DNA of 64,000 nucleotides. Origin: a virus. Numbering within the stretch: position 1 is the first letter of the stretch; every line of letters starts with the position of its first letter. The DNA lies in the IMG/VR virus record IMGVR_UViG_3300024503_000485, positions 1-64,000 of that record, one strand, 5' to 3'. The notes beneath the pieces were generated by a model. The model worked only from the letters and a program-made list of their open reading frames with translations, had not been told where the DNA came from and did not search any database. Positions 1 to 10,067 of this stretch are shown piece after piece. A program made the position numbers and the translations under genes.

Positions 1-513
1 CATGTCGCGAGCAAACTCTTCGTAGGTCTTACCTTTTGAATTATGCTTAACATAAATCTCAGTAAGATTCTTTTTCATTTTTAAAATCTCTTCTGCTTGA
101 ATTTGAATATCTGTAGCTTGACCACGGGCGCCGCCGCTGGGTTGATGAATCATGTGACGAGCGTTTGGCAACATATAACGTTTACCTTCTGCTCCTGCTT
201 GTGCTAACAAACTTCCCATTGAACAAGCCTGTCCCATAACGTAGGTAGCCACAGGGCATTTAATAAACTGCATTGTGTCATAAATGCTCATGCCTGCTGT
301 AACAACACCACCTGGGCTATTAATAAACAGACTAATTTCTTTATCTGGATTTTCGCTTTCTAAAAATAATAGTTGTGCAACTACAATATTTGCCATGTGG
401 TCTTCAACTTCACCTGTTAACATGACAATACGCTCTTTAAGTAATCTGCTATAGATATCGTATGCACGTTCGCCTTTTGATGTAGACTCAACTACCATTG
501 GTACTAAACTCAT
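1..513 (-). CDS. clpP: ATP-dependent Clp protease proteolytic subunit ClpP, truncated by the window edge
   Basis: The minus-strand translation from the ATG at 511-513 reads [34 protein letters not shown]...HQPSGG, the typical ClpP N-terminus. The ORF continues past position 1. Confidence 0.85.
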   Translation of the reverse strand, partial: MSLVPMVVESTSKGERAYDIYSRLLKERIVMLTGEVEDHMANIVVAQLLFLESENPDKEISLFINSPGGVVTAGMSIYDTMQFIKCPVATYVMGQACSMGSLLAQAGAEGKRYMLPNARHMIHQPSGGARGQATDIQIQAEEILKMKKNLTEIYVKHNSKGKTYEEFARDM

Positions 514-1449
514 TTATGCTTCCTTAATGTTAGAAATATTTTTTAGTTTAAGCTCTTCCATTAGGTCCGTCAACCATCGTAATACCTTTACATTTGGTTT
601 ATAACCCAGTTCGGCTAATCTTGTAATATCTGCTTCTGTATTTGCTACTGCTCCAACACGTGGCGGAACAACTATTTGTCTATGACTAATAATGTCTGCC
701 AATTGTTTGATACTTACAGATTGGCCTGATCCTAAATTGAATACGTCTCCGTGTTCACCGTACTCTAGAACAATCATAAGACCTTTGATAACATCACTAA
801 CATGAACAAAGTCTCTGCGTTGATCACCACCGCCGTGTAACAACAACGGTTGATTGGTTTCCCAGGCAGAAATAAACTTTGGAATCACTAATGCGTTTTT
901 GCCAAAGTCCATAAAGTCTCCGTACATGGTAAAAGGTCTTATTATTATTAATTCTGTATCCCCAACAAGACTCTGCACGTGAAGTGCCCATTCTGCAGAC
1001 ATCTTGCTCACAGCATAAGGATTGGTTGGCATCAATTGGCTATCTTCTCGTTGTTTGATTGTACCGTTGTTTCCATACACTGAGCTAGAACTTATATAAA
1101 CAAATTTCCTTACACCCATAGTTTGGCATAAACTAAAAAATTTATGTGTTGCTGTTATGTTTACATTATAGTATTCAGCGTACTCATTCCAACTAGGATC
1201 AATCCTAGATCGATTGGCCATATGAACAACAACATCAACTTCTTTAAGATGTTCTTTTAAAACTGGAATATCTTCTGTTATATCGCAATAATGTATTTGA
1301 TTATTGTGCGACCACCCTTCTCGAACACTTTGGTCCCATAAGAACGGAGGTTTATCAATCAATACCGTTTCGTCAAACATTTGTTTTAAGAATGGGGTAG
1401 CATTGCGTCCAAGAAACCCATTTGCTCCAGTGATCATTAATTTGCTCAT
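514..1449 (-). CDS. NAD-dependent nucleoside-diphosphate-sugar epimerase/dehydratase (SDR family)
   Basis: N-terminal Rossmann motif ITGANGFLG, with YxxxK-type SDR catalytic region, 311 aa. Confidence 0.75.
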   Translation of the reverse strand: MSKLMITGANGFLGRNATPFLKQMFDETVLIDKPPFLWDQSVREGWSHNNQIHYCDITEDIPVLKEHLKEVDVVVHMANRSRIDPSWNEYAEYYNVNITATHKFFSLCQTMGVRKFVYISSSSVYGNNGTIKQREDSQLMPTNPYAVSKMSAEWALHVQSLVGDTELIIIRPFTMYGDFMDFGKNALVIPKFISAWETNQPLLLHGGGDQRRDFVHVSDVIKGLMIVLEYGEHGDVFNLGSGQSVSIKQLADIISHRQIVVPPRVGAVANTEADITRLAELGYKPNVKVLRWLTDLMEELKLKNISNIKEA

Positions 1450-1545
1450 ATATTAATTTATTTGTCAATGACTTGATTTTTTAGTAATCTGAGCATATAA
1501 TACATTCTCGGCGTTAAATACACTTTGTTAACCAAAAGTAAAAAA

Positions 1546-2064
1546 ATGAGTACCCTACTATTAAATGCAGACATGCAACCAATTAGCCTACTTCCGCTAT
1601 CTTGTGTAGATTGGCAGGAAGCCATTCGCTATATGGTTTTGGACAAGGCCGAAGTCCTTGAGTGGTATGACGACTGGATTGTTCATTCAGCTCGTTGGGA
1701 AACTAAAGTTCCTGCTGTACTAATGCTCAAGGAATATCAAAAGCCTAAGAACACAATGCGCTTATCTAAGCGTAATGTATTCTTGCGAGACCAATATACT
1801 TGCCAATACTGCGGTACAGAAGTAACAGATCAAACTGCTACTTTGGACCATGTACATCCTGTGTCAAAAGGAGGTAAGACCACTTGGGAAAACTCTACAA
1901 CTGCATGTAAGCCTTGCAACTATAAAAAGGCTGCTCATGTAGGTAAGATGAAACCAAAATTGTCTCCATACAAACCCCACTTTTGGGATCTAGTTGAAAA
2001 GAGAAAACTAAAAGGTTTTCACTTACATCATCCAAGCTGGGCATCTTATTTGGGTGTTGAATGA
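1546..2064 (+). CDS. HNH endonuclease
   Basis: CQYCG...LDHVHPVSKGG...WEN...CKPCNYKK is an HNH / zinc-finger motif pattern. Confidence 0.8.
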   Translation: MSTLLLNADMQPISLLPLSCVDWQEAIRYMVLDKAEVLEWYDDWIVHSARWETKVPAVLMLKEYQKPKNTMRLSKRNVFLRDQYTCQYCGTEVTDQTATLDHVHPVSKGGKTTWENSTTACKPCNYKKAAHVGKMKPKLSPYKPHFWDLVEKRKLKGFHLHHPSWASYLGVE

Positions 2065-2651
2065 CTCCGATCAGTCTATCTCCAGCGGTTGTATGGAAAG
2101 GCCATTATTCTGGTGACCTAAGTGAGTTGGTTAAACGAGCTTCTCATAAACTCAAAACTGGATCACAACTTAATAACAGAGTAGAACGGGACGGAGGGAT
2201 AAGTTCTTCCTCCGATCCCGATGCGCCTCACTACTGGGAAGAATCAAACGATTTTCTTGTTTGGGCGGGACCAATGATAGAAAAAGTTTGGGCTGAATGG
2301 CAACTTCCAAAATGTGACTTATCAATAAGCTCTAGTTGGGTTAACCTTCATCCTTTTAACGGATGGACTGACGAACACACTCACGGTAGTGTTCCGTTGG
2401 TCTGCGTTTTATATGTTGAACAACCTGCCAACGGTGGAAACTTAGAAATTTTTGATCCAATGTTTCATATTTGGAGCGGAAGTCTTAGAGTTGAGCTTCC
2501 TTGGAAAGAAGTTGAAGTCCAAACGGGAGATGTATTAATGTTCCCAGGTTGGATGCTACATAAAACTCAAAAAAACAACTCAAACGATGATCGGATCGTT
2601 ATGAGTATAAACATTAGCCCAAATCCTCACACATTCCATAGAACATTTTAG
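2061..2651 (+). CDS. 2OG-Fe(II) oxygenase family protein (phage TIGR02466-like paralog 1)
   Basis: C-terminal motif FPGWMLHKT is shared with the paralogs at 8545, 12287, 35022 and 38997. The family is common in T4-like marine phages. Confidence 0.55.
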   Translation: MTPISLSPAVVWKGHYSGDLSELVKRASHKLKTGSQLNNRVERDGGISSSSDPDAPHYWEESNDFLVWAGPMIEKVWAEWQLPKCDLSISSSWVNLHPFNGWTDEHTHGSVPLVCVLYVEQPANGGNLEIFDPMFHIWSGSLRVELPWKEVEVQTGDVLMFPGWMLHKTQKNNSNDDRIVMSINISPNPHTFHRTF

Positions 2652-2652
2652 G

Positions 2653-2681
2653 TTGACATCTGTATTTTCCTGTGTTATACT
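2653..2681 (+). promoter_or_regulatory. sigma70-type early promoter (GGTTGACA-N17-TATACT)
   Basis: TTGACA at 2653-2658, 17-nt spacer, TATACT at 2676-2681. It precedes small ORF 2714-2890. Confidence 0.6.
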
Positions 2682-2713
2682 AGTAACATAGTAAACTTCG
2701 TATAGGGAGATAT

Positions 2714-2890
2714 ATGGATACACTTTTAATGTTATGGGTTTTGGCTTGGGGCAACAATGCTTATAATGAGTTGACAGAACCTCCGCCCGAAGTTATAATA
2801 ACAAAGTTACCTGTATCGCCTGAATTGTATTACCCAGACCTCACAAATGAAGATATGTGGGACCCAAACTGGATCAACAAGAAAGTTTAA
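2714..2890 (+). CDS. hypothetical small protein (58 aa)
   Basis: ATG after RBS AGGGAGA, directly downstream of the promoter. Absent from the ORF track because it is under 60 aa. Confidence 0.35.
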   Translation: MDTLLMLWVLAWGNNAYNELTEPPPEVIITKLPVSPELYYPDLTNEDMWDPNWINKKV

Positions 2891-2891
2891 A

Positions 2892-3245
2892 ATGCGTTAT
2901 ATATTAGCATCTTGGGATCGCGAAGGATTCGAATGTTTAGAAGACATTACTTCTAAGCATCCGGACATTTGGGAAAAAAACCAAATCATCGAAGTGCTCA
3001 AAGGCAACGAACTCCGAACAAATCCGTTGGCACAACAAATCGGACACATGACTCTTCGTGCTCGTTTCAATTCGCAACGTTGTTATGAAATCTATGTGTT
3101 CACCACAGAAGATGATATAGAATTTAAAGATGTAGAAGATTGGATGATTGCTGATCCACAAAGTTTAGTTAATTGGATTCGTGTTAATCACTATGCCAAA
3201 ATCTACTCGGACTATCACCCCAACCACAAACCTGTAATTGTTTAA
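2892..3245 (+). CDS. hypothetical protein
   Basis: ORF starting MRYILASWDREGF. The track's longer start overlaps the upstream small ORF. Confidence 0.45.
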   Translation: MRYILASWDREGFECLEDITSKHPDIWEKNQIIEVLKGNELRTNPLAQQIGHMTLRARFNSQRCYEIYVFTTEDDIEFKDVEDWMIADPQSLVNWIRVNHYAKIYSDYHPNHKPVIV

Positions 3246-3253
3246 GGACTTAT

Positions 3254-4576
3254 ATGCGAACACAACCACAAGTTATTATTCAGCGTCTTGAAGCAGACAA
3301 TAGCCGTCTAGCTAAAGAAGCTGTTATTGCTGATGCTATGACCGAAGGCTTAGATGAGTTCTTCGAAGGCGTAAAAATGGCGTTAGACAATCTTTATACA
3401 TTTGGTGTTAAACAGGTCCCTACATCAGACAAAGATGGACAGGGACTAAGTTGGGATAACTTTAAACAACTGGCAGAGAGTTTATATCGTCGTGAGCTCA
3501 CCGGTCATGCCGCACGTGATGCTATCCAATTGGCTATGGATGTGGCAACCAAAGATCAATGGAATGATTTTTATCGTCGTATTCTTATTAAAGATCTGCG
3601 CTGTGGTGTTAGCGAAAAGACCGTTAACTCTGTAGCAAAGAAACAAAAGAAATTAGAATATGCTGTGCCAGTATTTGAATGCCAGCTTAGCCACGATAGT
3701 GCTAATCACGAAAGCAAACTTACAGGTAAGAAAATTGTAGAGCGTAAGTTAGATGGTGTTCGTTGTTTAACGGTAATTGATTATGAACAACGCACCGTGA
3801 CACAATATACACGTAATGGTAAAGTCCTTGAAAACTTTAAACACATTACCGATTATCTGCAAAATTATATTGACGAGTTTGGTCGTTCATATGTATTAGA
3901 CGGCGAAATTATGAGCAATTCGTTTCAAGATTTAATGAAACAAGTTCATCGTAAAGACAATGTAAATGCGTCTGATGCTGTTCTCAATTTGTTTGATATT
4001 GTACCATTAGTGGAATTCAAACAAGGCAAGAGTACATTAGGTCAACGTCGTCGTAGTGCTTTCCTAAAAAATTGGGAAAACATCTTTAATGATTCGGGTT
4101 TTATAACCATTGTGCCTCAACGAGAATTCAATCTTGATGTGTTCACAGACGAAATTGATTTCAAAGACTACATGAAAGAAATGGTCGAGGCAGGCTATGA
4201 AGGCGTAATGATCAAAGATCCTGATGCCAAATATGAATGTAAACGTAGTACCTCTTGGCTTAAGATGAAACCGTTTATTGAAGTTAGTCTATCAGTTACG
4301 TCAGTAGAAGAAGGAACAGGACGTAATGTAGGCAAGTTAGGTGCTATTGTTTGTGAAGGTGTAGATGATGGTAAAAGGATTGTGGTCAATTGTGGTTCGG
4401 GTTTTACAGACGAACAAAGAGCAGAATTCTGGGAAGCTAAGGATACGCTCATTGGGCAGGTCGTGGAAGTCCGTGCAGATGCAGCGACTCGGAGCCAGGA
4501 TAGCGAAGATACGTGGTCGCTACGTTTTCCACGATTCCTCCGGTTCCGTGGATTTACAAAAGGTGAAAAACTCTAA
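3254..4576 (+). CDS. ATP-dependent DNA ligase (T4 gp30-like)
   Basis: Adenylation motif I KLDGVRC (KxDG), 440 aa, with OB-fold region. Confidence 0.85.
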   Translation: MRTQPQVIIQRLEADNSRLAKEAVIADAMTEGLDEFFEGVKMALDNLYTFGVKQVPTSDKDGQGLSWDNFKQLAESLYRRELTGHAARDAIQLAMDVATKDQWNDFYRRILIKDLRCGVSEKTVNSVAKKQKKLEYAVPVFECQLSHDSANHESKLTGKKIVERKLDGVRCLTVIDYEQRTVTQYTRNGKVLENFKHITDYLQNYIDEFGRSYVLDGEIMSNSFQDLMKQVHRKDNVNASDAVLNLFDIVPLVEFKQGKSTLGQRRRSAFLKNWENIFNDSGFITIVPQREFNLDVFTDEIDFKDYMKEMVEAGYEGVMIKDPDAKYECKRSTSWLKMKPFIEVSLSVTSVEEGTGRNVGKLGAIVCEGVDDGKRIVVNCGSGFTDEQRAEFWEAKDTLIGQVVEVRADAATRSQDSEDTWSLRFPRFLRFRGFTKGEKL

Positions 4577-4577
4577 G

Positions 4578-4817
4578 ATGCAAAAAGGTGCTATTAAAGA
4601 TCTAATCTATGGTGGTTTGGAAGAGATCTTAAACAACAGAAACTACTACTATCACTCCAGTGTGGGTGCTGCCTACAGCCATTTAACCGAGGACGGTAAA
4701 GTGGCAGTCGTTGAGTTTATGGACTTGATGTCGTGGAAGATCAAAGAAGCCAACGAAGCAGATCTAGAACGTAGAGCCAAACAACAAGTATTAGATCAAC
4801 TTAAAAAGAAAGATTAA
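4578..4817 (+). CDS. hypothetical protein
   Basis: In-frame ATG (MQKGAIKDL) immediately after the ligase stop. The track's longer ORF overlaps the ligase. Confidence 0.4.
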   Translation: MQKGAIKDLIYGGLEEILNNRNYYYHSSVGAAYSHLTEDGKVAVVEFMDLMSWKIKEANEADLERRAKQQVLDQLKKKD

Positions 4818-5488
4818 TGGACATAAAATTTTACTGCACCGATCCTGCCGTTGTAGAACATTTTTCTCCGCAGCCGGCAAATAAAGTTATACCACAATGG
4901 TATAAAGACCTGCCTGTTGACATTTTAGATCGTTGGGGGAAACTTGATGTGCCTAGTGCAAAACAATGTGTTCCTTTGCAGGATATGATTACCTCTGGGT
5001 ATATTTTATTCAATAGTTTTGATATAGAATTATATCCTAATATGATCGAAGGGATTGAAGATTACAAAGTTCGAACACCATCTAGAGAACACGTAAGCAG
5101 TCATCCGCACAAACAATGTCCTGTTCACATTGACGGGAAAAAGAAAAACTATATTAAAATTGTAAACGAATGGCTTGTTCGGACGCCTCCGGGCTATAGC
5201 TGTTTGTTTATACAACCATTTTACCATTTTGAAGAAAACTTCAAATTGTTGCCTGCTATTGTTGATACAGATACATTTGATATTCCAGTTCAATTTCCGG
5301 GATATCTAACAGGTAAACATGAGTGCTATACTATCAAATCAGGTACTCCGTTAATGCAGGTTATTCCTTTTAAAAGAGAAGATTGGAATATGAGTGTTGA
5401 GCTTAAACAACCTCAAAAAAGTTTCTTAGAATTTTCTTTTTCAAATACTTATAGAAGTATTTTTCATCGTAAGAAACATTACAAATGA
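4817..5488 (+). CDS. hypothetical protein, possible 2OG oxygenase-like (HxD at VHIDG)
   Basis: 223-aa ORF. The HID motif and a later His are only weak evidence. Confidence 0.4.
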   Translation: MDIKFYCTDPAVVEHFSPQPANKVIPQWYKDLPVDILDRWGKLDVPSAKQCVPLQDMITSGYILFNSFDIELYPNMIEGIEDYKVRTPSREHVSSHPHKQCPVHIDGKKKNYIKIVNEWLVRTPPGYSCLFIQPFYHFEENFKLLPAIVDTDTFDIPVQFPGYLTGKHECYTIKSGTPLMQVIPFKREDWNMSVELKQPQKSFLEFSFSNTYRSIFHRKKHYK

Positions 5489-5715
5489 CAATTAGCTACA
5501 TTCCAAATTACACTATAGAAAACACTACTATCAGTGTAAACGAGAACGCATATAATACCATTCAATGCTATGCTGGCGGTGCTGAAATGCTTCGTGTTGC
5601 TAAAGATGGATTTTATGTTCGTGGAGTAAAAGTGCCACAGGATGATAAAGAAGCAGAAACCGTGTACAATGCATTCAAGGCATTTTTAATGTGGTCAGAA
5701 CTTAATAGGAGATGA
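5485..5715 (+). CDS. hypothetical protein
   Basis: 76-aa ORF, translationally coupled to its neighbours. Confidence 0.4.
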   Translation: MTISYIPNYTIENTTISVNENAYNTIQCYAGGAEMLRVAKDGFYVRGVKVPQDDKEAETVYNAFKAFLMWSELNRR

Positions 5716-5716
5716 T

Positions 5717-5896
5717 ATGAGTGGACGTGGATTTATTGCAGAAGAACTGCCAACCGTTTGTGAAATGTGCGGAAAGATAGACGAATGTCGTCCCTATGGT
5801 CCAAACGATGAGCAAATTTGTTTTGAGTGTGCTATGAAAGACGAAGAAACAACTCAAAAGAAAATGGCTGCTTATATTTTCGGAGTTGAAGAATGA
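5717..5896 (+). CDS. small zinc-ribbon protein (CxxC...CxxC)
   Basis: VCEMCGK...ICFECAM, 59 aa. Confidence 0.45.
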   Translation: MSGRGFIAEELPTVCEMCGKIDECRPYGPNDEQICFECAMKDEETTQKKMAAYIFGVEE

Positions 5897-6069
5897 TTAG
5901 ACTAGTATTGGTATTTGCTTTTTTGGCAGCAGTCATCCATTTTACCATTACAACTTGGAGAAACATGACCGGAAAGGAACGTTGGTCGTTGACAAAAACT
6001 CTAGGTTATAGTATAATTGTTTCACTGCTAGCAATAGTGGTAATGATGTTTATCGTAGTTTTATTTTAA
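5893..6069 (+). CDS. small membrane protein
   Basis: 58 aa with two hydrophobic segments. ATGA overlap with the upstream gene. Confidence 0.4.
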   Translation: MIRLVLVFAFLAAVIHFTITTWRNMTGKERWSLTKTLGYSIIVSLLAIVVMMFIVVLF

Positions 6070-6080
6070 GGACACACACA

Positions 6081-6875
6081 ATGAAGCGTATTGCAACTCT
6101 TTCTATCCTTGCCGCGGCTATTTTGGCCACTGGCTGTACTCGTATTGAAACTGGTGAAGTTGGTCTGCGGGTCGGCTTTGACAAACAAGTTAAGAATGAT
6201 GAGCTCTTGCCTGGCAGTTTTAATCAAACCATTATTGGAGATGTTCTTACATTCCCGGTTAAGGATGTTAACGTCAAACTGGATGACATGACTCCTATTG
6301 CCAAAGATAACAGCACAATGAAAGACTTTGATGCTATTGTTATCTATAGTTTGAACCAAGCACAGGTAGCAGAACTTTACAATACAAAAAGCAAAGCATT
6401 TCACGTTAAACATGACGGTGATACTTATCTAATGTTTAATTACATTTACAATGCTGCTCGTAATGCTATCTACAAAGAAGCACGTAAGTATGAAGCATTG
6501 GACATGGCGGACAATCGTCAGCAAATGGAAACTGCTATTAAAGAACAAATCCAAAAAACTCTTGTAGAAGAAAAATTGGATGGTTCAATTACTATTACAC
6601 AAGTTCTTGTTCGTAATGTTGTGCCAGCAGACTCCGTTGTAGAATCAGCCAATGCTCTTGTTCGTGCAAAGAATGAGTTCAAACAAAAAGAAGTTGAAGT
6701 GGCTACTGCTAAGAAAGAAGCAGAGCGTATGCAAGCTCTGAGCAATCAAGGCGCCCAATCAATTGCTTACATGAACGCACAGGCCGCACTTAATATCTCA
6801 GAAGGTATTAAGAACGGTAAGGTACAGACAATTGTTGTTCCTAGCAACATGACTGGTTTGATGATTAACAAGTAA
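6081..6875 (+). CDS. SPFH/band-7 (prohibitin/HflK-like) lipoprotein
   Basis: Lipoprotein signal ILAAAILATGC, followed by an SPFH-like domain and a coiled-coil C-terminus. Confidence 0.65.
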   Translation: MKRIATLSILAAAILATGCTRIETGEVGLRVGFDKQVKNDELLPGSFNQTIIGDVLTFPVKDVNVKLDDMTPIAKDNSTMKDFDAIVIYSLNQAQVAELYNTKSKAFHVKHDGDTYLMFNYIYNAARNAIYKEARKYEALDMADNRQQMETAIKEQIQKTLVEEKLDGSITITQVLVRNVVPADSVVESANALVRAKNEFKQKEVEVATAKKEAERMQALSNQGAQSIAYMNAQAALNISEGIKNGKVQTIVVPSNMTGLMINK

Positions 6876-7393
6876 TGAAGATCTTCGGACGCTCAGGGGG
6901 CTACTACTTATTTTGGTGTAGTGCCCTCTACCTAGTGATAGGTATGCTAGATATATTTTTTATCGAAGCAGACCTATCACCGCAAATACAGATAGCATGG
7001 TTATCTGTTCTAGTTGCTCCCTTTGTGTTTCCACCCTGGGGGCGTTGGTTTAATTTAGATATAAATTGGGATAAGAAAATGTTCAATTTGTTTGGCAAAA
7101 AAGATAAAGGCAATGTTGTAGACTTTCCTAAACTGGTAGAGCCTACAGAACCTAAACCAGAACCCAAAAAAGAAGAACCTGCTAAGATTTTTTATCGCCT
7201 GGGCCTAACTGACAACAACCGTGTTAGTTTCCAAATGGGCTACAGCGAGATTACCATGAATAAGGCAGGTTGTCAACAAATGATTGATCAACTTGAATTC
7301 TTTAAAGGTCAACTCTACGACGACAACGACACAACCCCGCCCGATCCAGACGGCGGTGAACCAGTTCCAGTTCCAGAACAAAAGGCTGCGTGA
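6875..7393 (+). CDS. membrane protein, Pro/Glu-rich C-terminus
   Basis: N-terminal TM segments and a PEPKPEPKKEEP low-complexity stretch. Confidence 0.45.
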   Translation: MKIFGRSGGYYLFWCSALYLVIGMLDIFFIEADLSPQIQIAWLSVLVAPFVFPPWGRWFNLDINWDKKMFNLFGKKDKGNVVDFPKLVEPTEPKPEPKKEEPAKIFYRLGLTDNNRVSFQMGYSEITMNKAGCQQMIDQLEFFKGQLYDDNDTTPPDPDGGEPVPVPEQKAA

Positions 7394-7507
7394 TGGTTAT
7401 TGAAATCGTGATGTGGGGATTCCTATCAGCTTTTGGCTGGTGGGGAGCCAACCATTATGTAATTGAACCTTACTTTCCTCCACCTATCGAAAAAAAGAAA
7501 GAAGACA

Positions 7508-8182
7508 ATGGGATCGATTCTAAGTGATATTTTTGATGATTGGAGAAACGATGCGTCTTATTACAAGCCGCAACATAAAAACTACAATCAGCCTGTAAAG
7601 ATTATTAGGGTTCCGTGTTGTCACAATGACGATCAAGAACCTGTGTCTATCATTTGTCCAGACATGAAAAACGGGCCATGGATCGCCGGTGGTGCATGTC
7701 TACGCTGGTATCAAGGTCTTCCTGTAGGAGATGCTGATATTGATGTGTTCTGTTCATCTCCTGAACAGGCACAACAAATTATCGATGAGATTAAAAGCTA
7801 CGGTCGTTATTCTACAAAATTTGAAAGTGAAAATGCCACCACGTTAAGCTATCATAGTAAAGATAGTAAGTATTGGACTTTACAGATCATTAAGCGTAGG
7901 TATTTTAAAAACTTACAAGAAGTTATTGATAATTTTGATATTAGTGTTTGTCAAATTGGCACAGGAGGTCAAGAGTGGTTAATGGGTAAAACTACTGCTC
8001 GAGATATTCGTGAGAAAAATCTAAGAATGAACATGCCATTGCAACCAGATGCTGCTAAACGTCTTGCAAAATATTGGACTTATGGTTATCGTCCTGTAGA
8101 CGGTTTGCTTGATTCTGTTCGAAATAATCCTGTAGCAAAACAAGAATTCCAAGTAGATGGAGATTACGAAAATGCGTTCTGA
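7508..8182 (+). CDS. hypothetical protein, possible nucleotidyltransferase fold
   Basis: GPWIAGGACLRW...GDADIDVF resembles the G[SG]x9-13DxD signature. Confidence 0.35.
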   Translation: MGSILSDIFDDWRNDASYYKPQHKNYNQPVKIIRVPCCHNDDQEPVSIICPDMKNGPWIAGGACLRWYQGLPVGDADIDVFCSSPEQAQQIIDEIKSYGRYSTKFESENATTLSYHSKDSKYWTLQIIKRRYFKNLQEVIDNFDISVCQIGTGGQEWLMGKTTARDIREKNLRMNMPLQPDAAKRLAKYWTYGYRPVDGLLDSVRNNPVAKQEFQVDGDYENAF

Positions 8183-8552
8183 ACTAAGTTGGAGTGTACT
8201 AGATCCAAAACCGGTTCTATTGTATATTAGAAATTCTGACGAATATATATGTTATTGGAACGGCATTGCTATGACACATACTATGGCTATGAATATGGCT
8301 TTAGAACCGTTTGGTATCTTTGCTACTCCAGAAATGAAAACATCTATGGAACAGGACTATCGAAGAATCTATTATGCAGGAGGTTTCGATACTCGTGCTT
8401 GGGATTTTAAAGTTTCAGAAAGCCCAATATATCCATATGTAAAACGTTTAATGGCTGAACATATTAAAAAGACCATTGCTGAACAAAAACGTCCTATTGC
8501 AGAAGTATTAGGATGGTTTGATTATAGTAGGGCTCGAACAGATAATGATTGA
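8157..8552 (+). CDS. hypothetical protein
   Basis: 131-aa ORF. Confidence 0.4.
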   Translation: MEITKMRSELSWSVLDPKPVLLYIRNSDEYICYWNGIAMTHTMAMNMALEPFGIFATPEMKTSMEQDYRRIYYAGGFDTRAWDFKVSESPIYPYVKRLMAEHIKKTIAEQKRPIAEVLGWFDYSRARTDND

Positions 8553-9141
8553 AGATATATTTGCTATTTCAATATATAGAACAAAATATAAAGATAACAT
8601 TGTTGAATTACAAAACAATGTTATCCCCCTTCTTGAGCCTGTCTTTGCTGAAACAATTAAAGACAATCAAGGTTCAATGAGGAACGGTGGATTATGCTCT
8701 TATAATGTTGTACGCAATTTACAATCAATGCCCGAACTACAAGGGTTATTAGAATTTTTAACAGAACATGTTAATGCATATTGGCAACATTTAAATTATT
8801 CAGGAAAACCTGCTATTGTTGAGATGTGGGCCAATCGATATGCTCCAGGGTCATTTATCGATACGCACAATCATAGTCCAGTTCCGTTAACATCAAGTTT
8901 TTATCTTAAGAAAAATAAAGATTCGGGCAATCTTGTTTTTGAACACCCAAATGAAGTAATACTTAAACATCAACCATATTCATTTAACAATAGAAGTTCA
9001 TATCACCAGTTGTTTGATTACGAAGTGCCTGTTGAAGAAGGAGACCTTGTTATCTTTCCTTCATATCTAAGACACAAGACTATGCCCAATCAATCTACAG
9101 AAGATAGAATTATTATTGGTACAAACATATTCGCTGTATGA
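8545..9141 (+). CDS. 2OG-Fe(II) oxygenase family protein (paralog 2)
   Basis: HNHSP...FPSYLRHKT C-terminal signature shared with the other paralogs. Confidence 0.55.
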   Translation: MIEDIFAISIYRTKYKDNIVELQNNVIPLLEPVFAETIKDNQGSMRNGGLCSYNVVRNLQSMPELQGLLEFLTEHVNAYWQHLNYSGKPAIVEMWANRYAPGSFIDTHNHSPVPLTSSFYLKKNKDSGNLVFEHPNEVILKHQPYSFNNRSSYHQLFDYEVPVEEGDLVIFPSYLRHKTMPNQSTEDRIIIGTNIFAV

Positions 9142-9788
9142 TAAGAACTATTGAACCGGATATATTAATGCTCGATCCTGATCAGTGTATGGAATTTTAT
9201 TCTGCACATAGAGAAGGGTTAAGAGAGTTTTTCATTAGTCAGATAGCCACTCACAAAGTACAAGGTGATGTTGCTGATTTAGGATGTGGTCCTGCAGACT
9301 ATTCTTTTGCATTATCTAGAGAATTTAGAAACATTCATATTGATTGTTATGACGGTTCCCCTGCTATGATAGATCTTGCTAGAGAATTTGTTGTTGCAGA
9401 TAATAGACAAATTACATTATACAACAAAATGTTTAGCGATATTGATAAAAAGTATGACTGGATTATATCTACAAATACTCTACATCATTTTCACAACCCA
9501 AATGATTTTTGGAACGTTGTAAAAAACATTTCGAAACCAGGATCGAATGTTTTTGTATTGGATCTAGCTCGACCCGACAGCGAAGATACAATTGAGTATT
9601 ACATAAACACATTTTCTTTTTTAGATGGCGAGAAATTTAAAGAAGATTTTAGAAACTCTTTAAGAGCCGCTTTTACCAAAACCGAATTAGAAGAACAATT
9701 AAAACTAAATGGGCTGACAGGCCTATCTGTACAATCATTTTCATTCCCTTTGGAAGTGTTAATTGTACAAGGAAAGATTGACAACTAA
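9138..9788 (+). CDS. SAM-dependent methyltransferase
   Basis: Motif I VADLGCGPADY, class I MTase layout. Confidence 0.65.
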   Translation: MIRTIEPDILMLDPDQCMEFYSAHREGLREFFISQIATHKVQGDVADLGCGPADYSFALSREFRNIHIDCYDGSPAMIDLAREFVVADNRQITLYNKMFSDIDKKYDWIISTNTLHHFHNPNDFWNVVKNISKPGSNVFVLDLARPDSEDTIEYYINTFSFLDGEKFKEDFRNSLRAAFTKTELEEQLKLNGLTGLSVQSFSFPLEVLIVQGKIDN

Positions 9789-9827
9789 TAATAATTCACG
9801 TATAATGTAGTTAGAAAGGACACAAAG

Positions 9828-10067
9828 ATGGACATGGATCAAGCAGCAGTTTTTTTGGCTGGATCAATTTTGACGGCTATAGGATTTTTAGTTATACTAG
9901 GAGCAATCTTAATTGCTAATAACCTTATAGCCAAGTACTGGAAGTCTTGGGGTTGGCATTGGATGCCGTGGTGGGCAGGCGAGCCTCAAAGATTTATGAC
10001 TCAAGAAGAAGTAGAGAAAATTGCACCAACATTAAATGACACAAACGACATTAAGGTGAATAAATGA
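9828..10067 (+). CDS. small membrane protein
   Basis: One TM helix and a Trp-rich segment. Confidence 0.4.
   Translation: MDMDQAAVFLAGSILTAIGFLVILGAILIANNLIAKYWKSWGWHWMPWWAGEPQRFMTQEEVEKIAPTLNDTNDIKVNK

Noticed and set aside
2937-3161. A 74-aa minus-strand ORF inside the plus-strand gene 2892-3245
   Set aside because: It is a shadow ORF antisense to a better-supported gene, with no RBS or promoter. The same applies to track ORFs 4195-4452(-), 4831-5013(-), 5030-5293(-), 6066-6413(-), 6518-6745(-), 6928-7167(-), 9599-9784(-) and 10160-10465(-).
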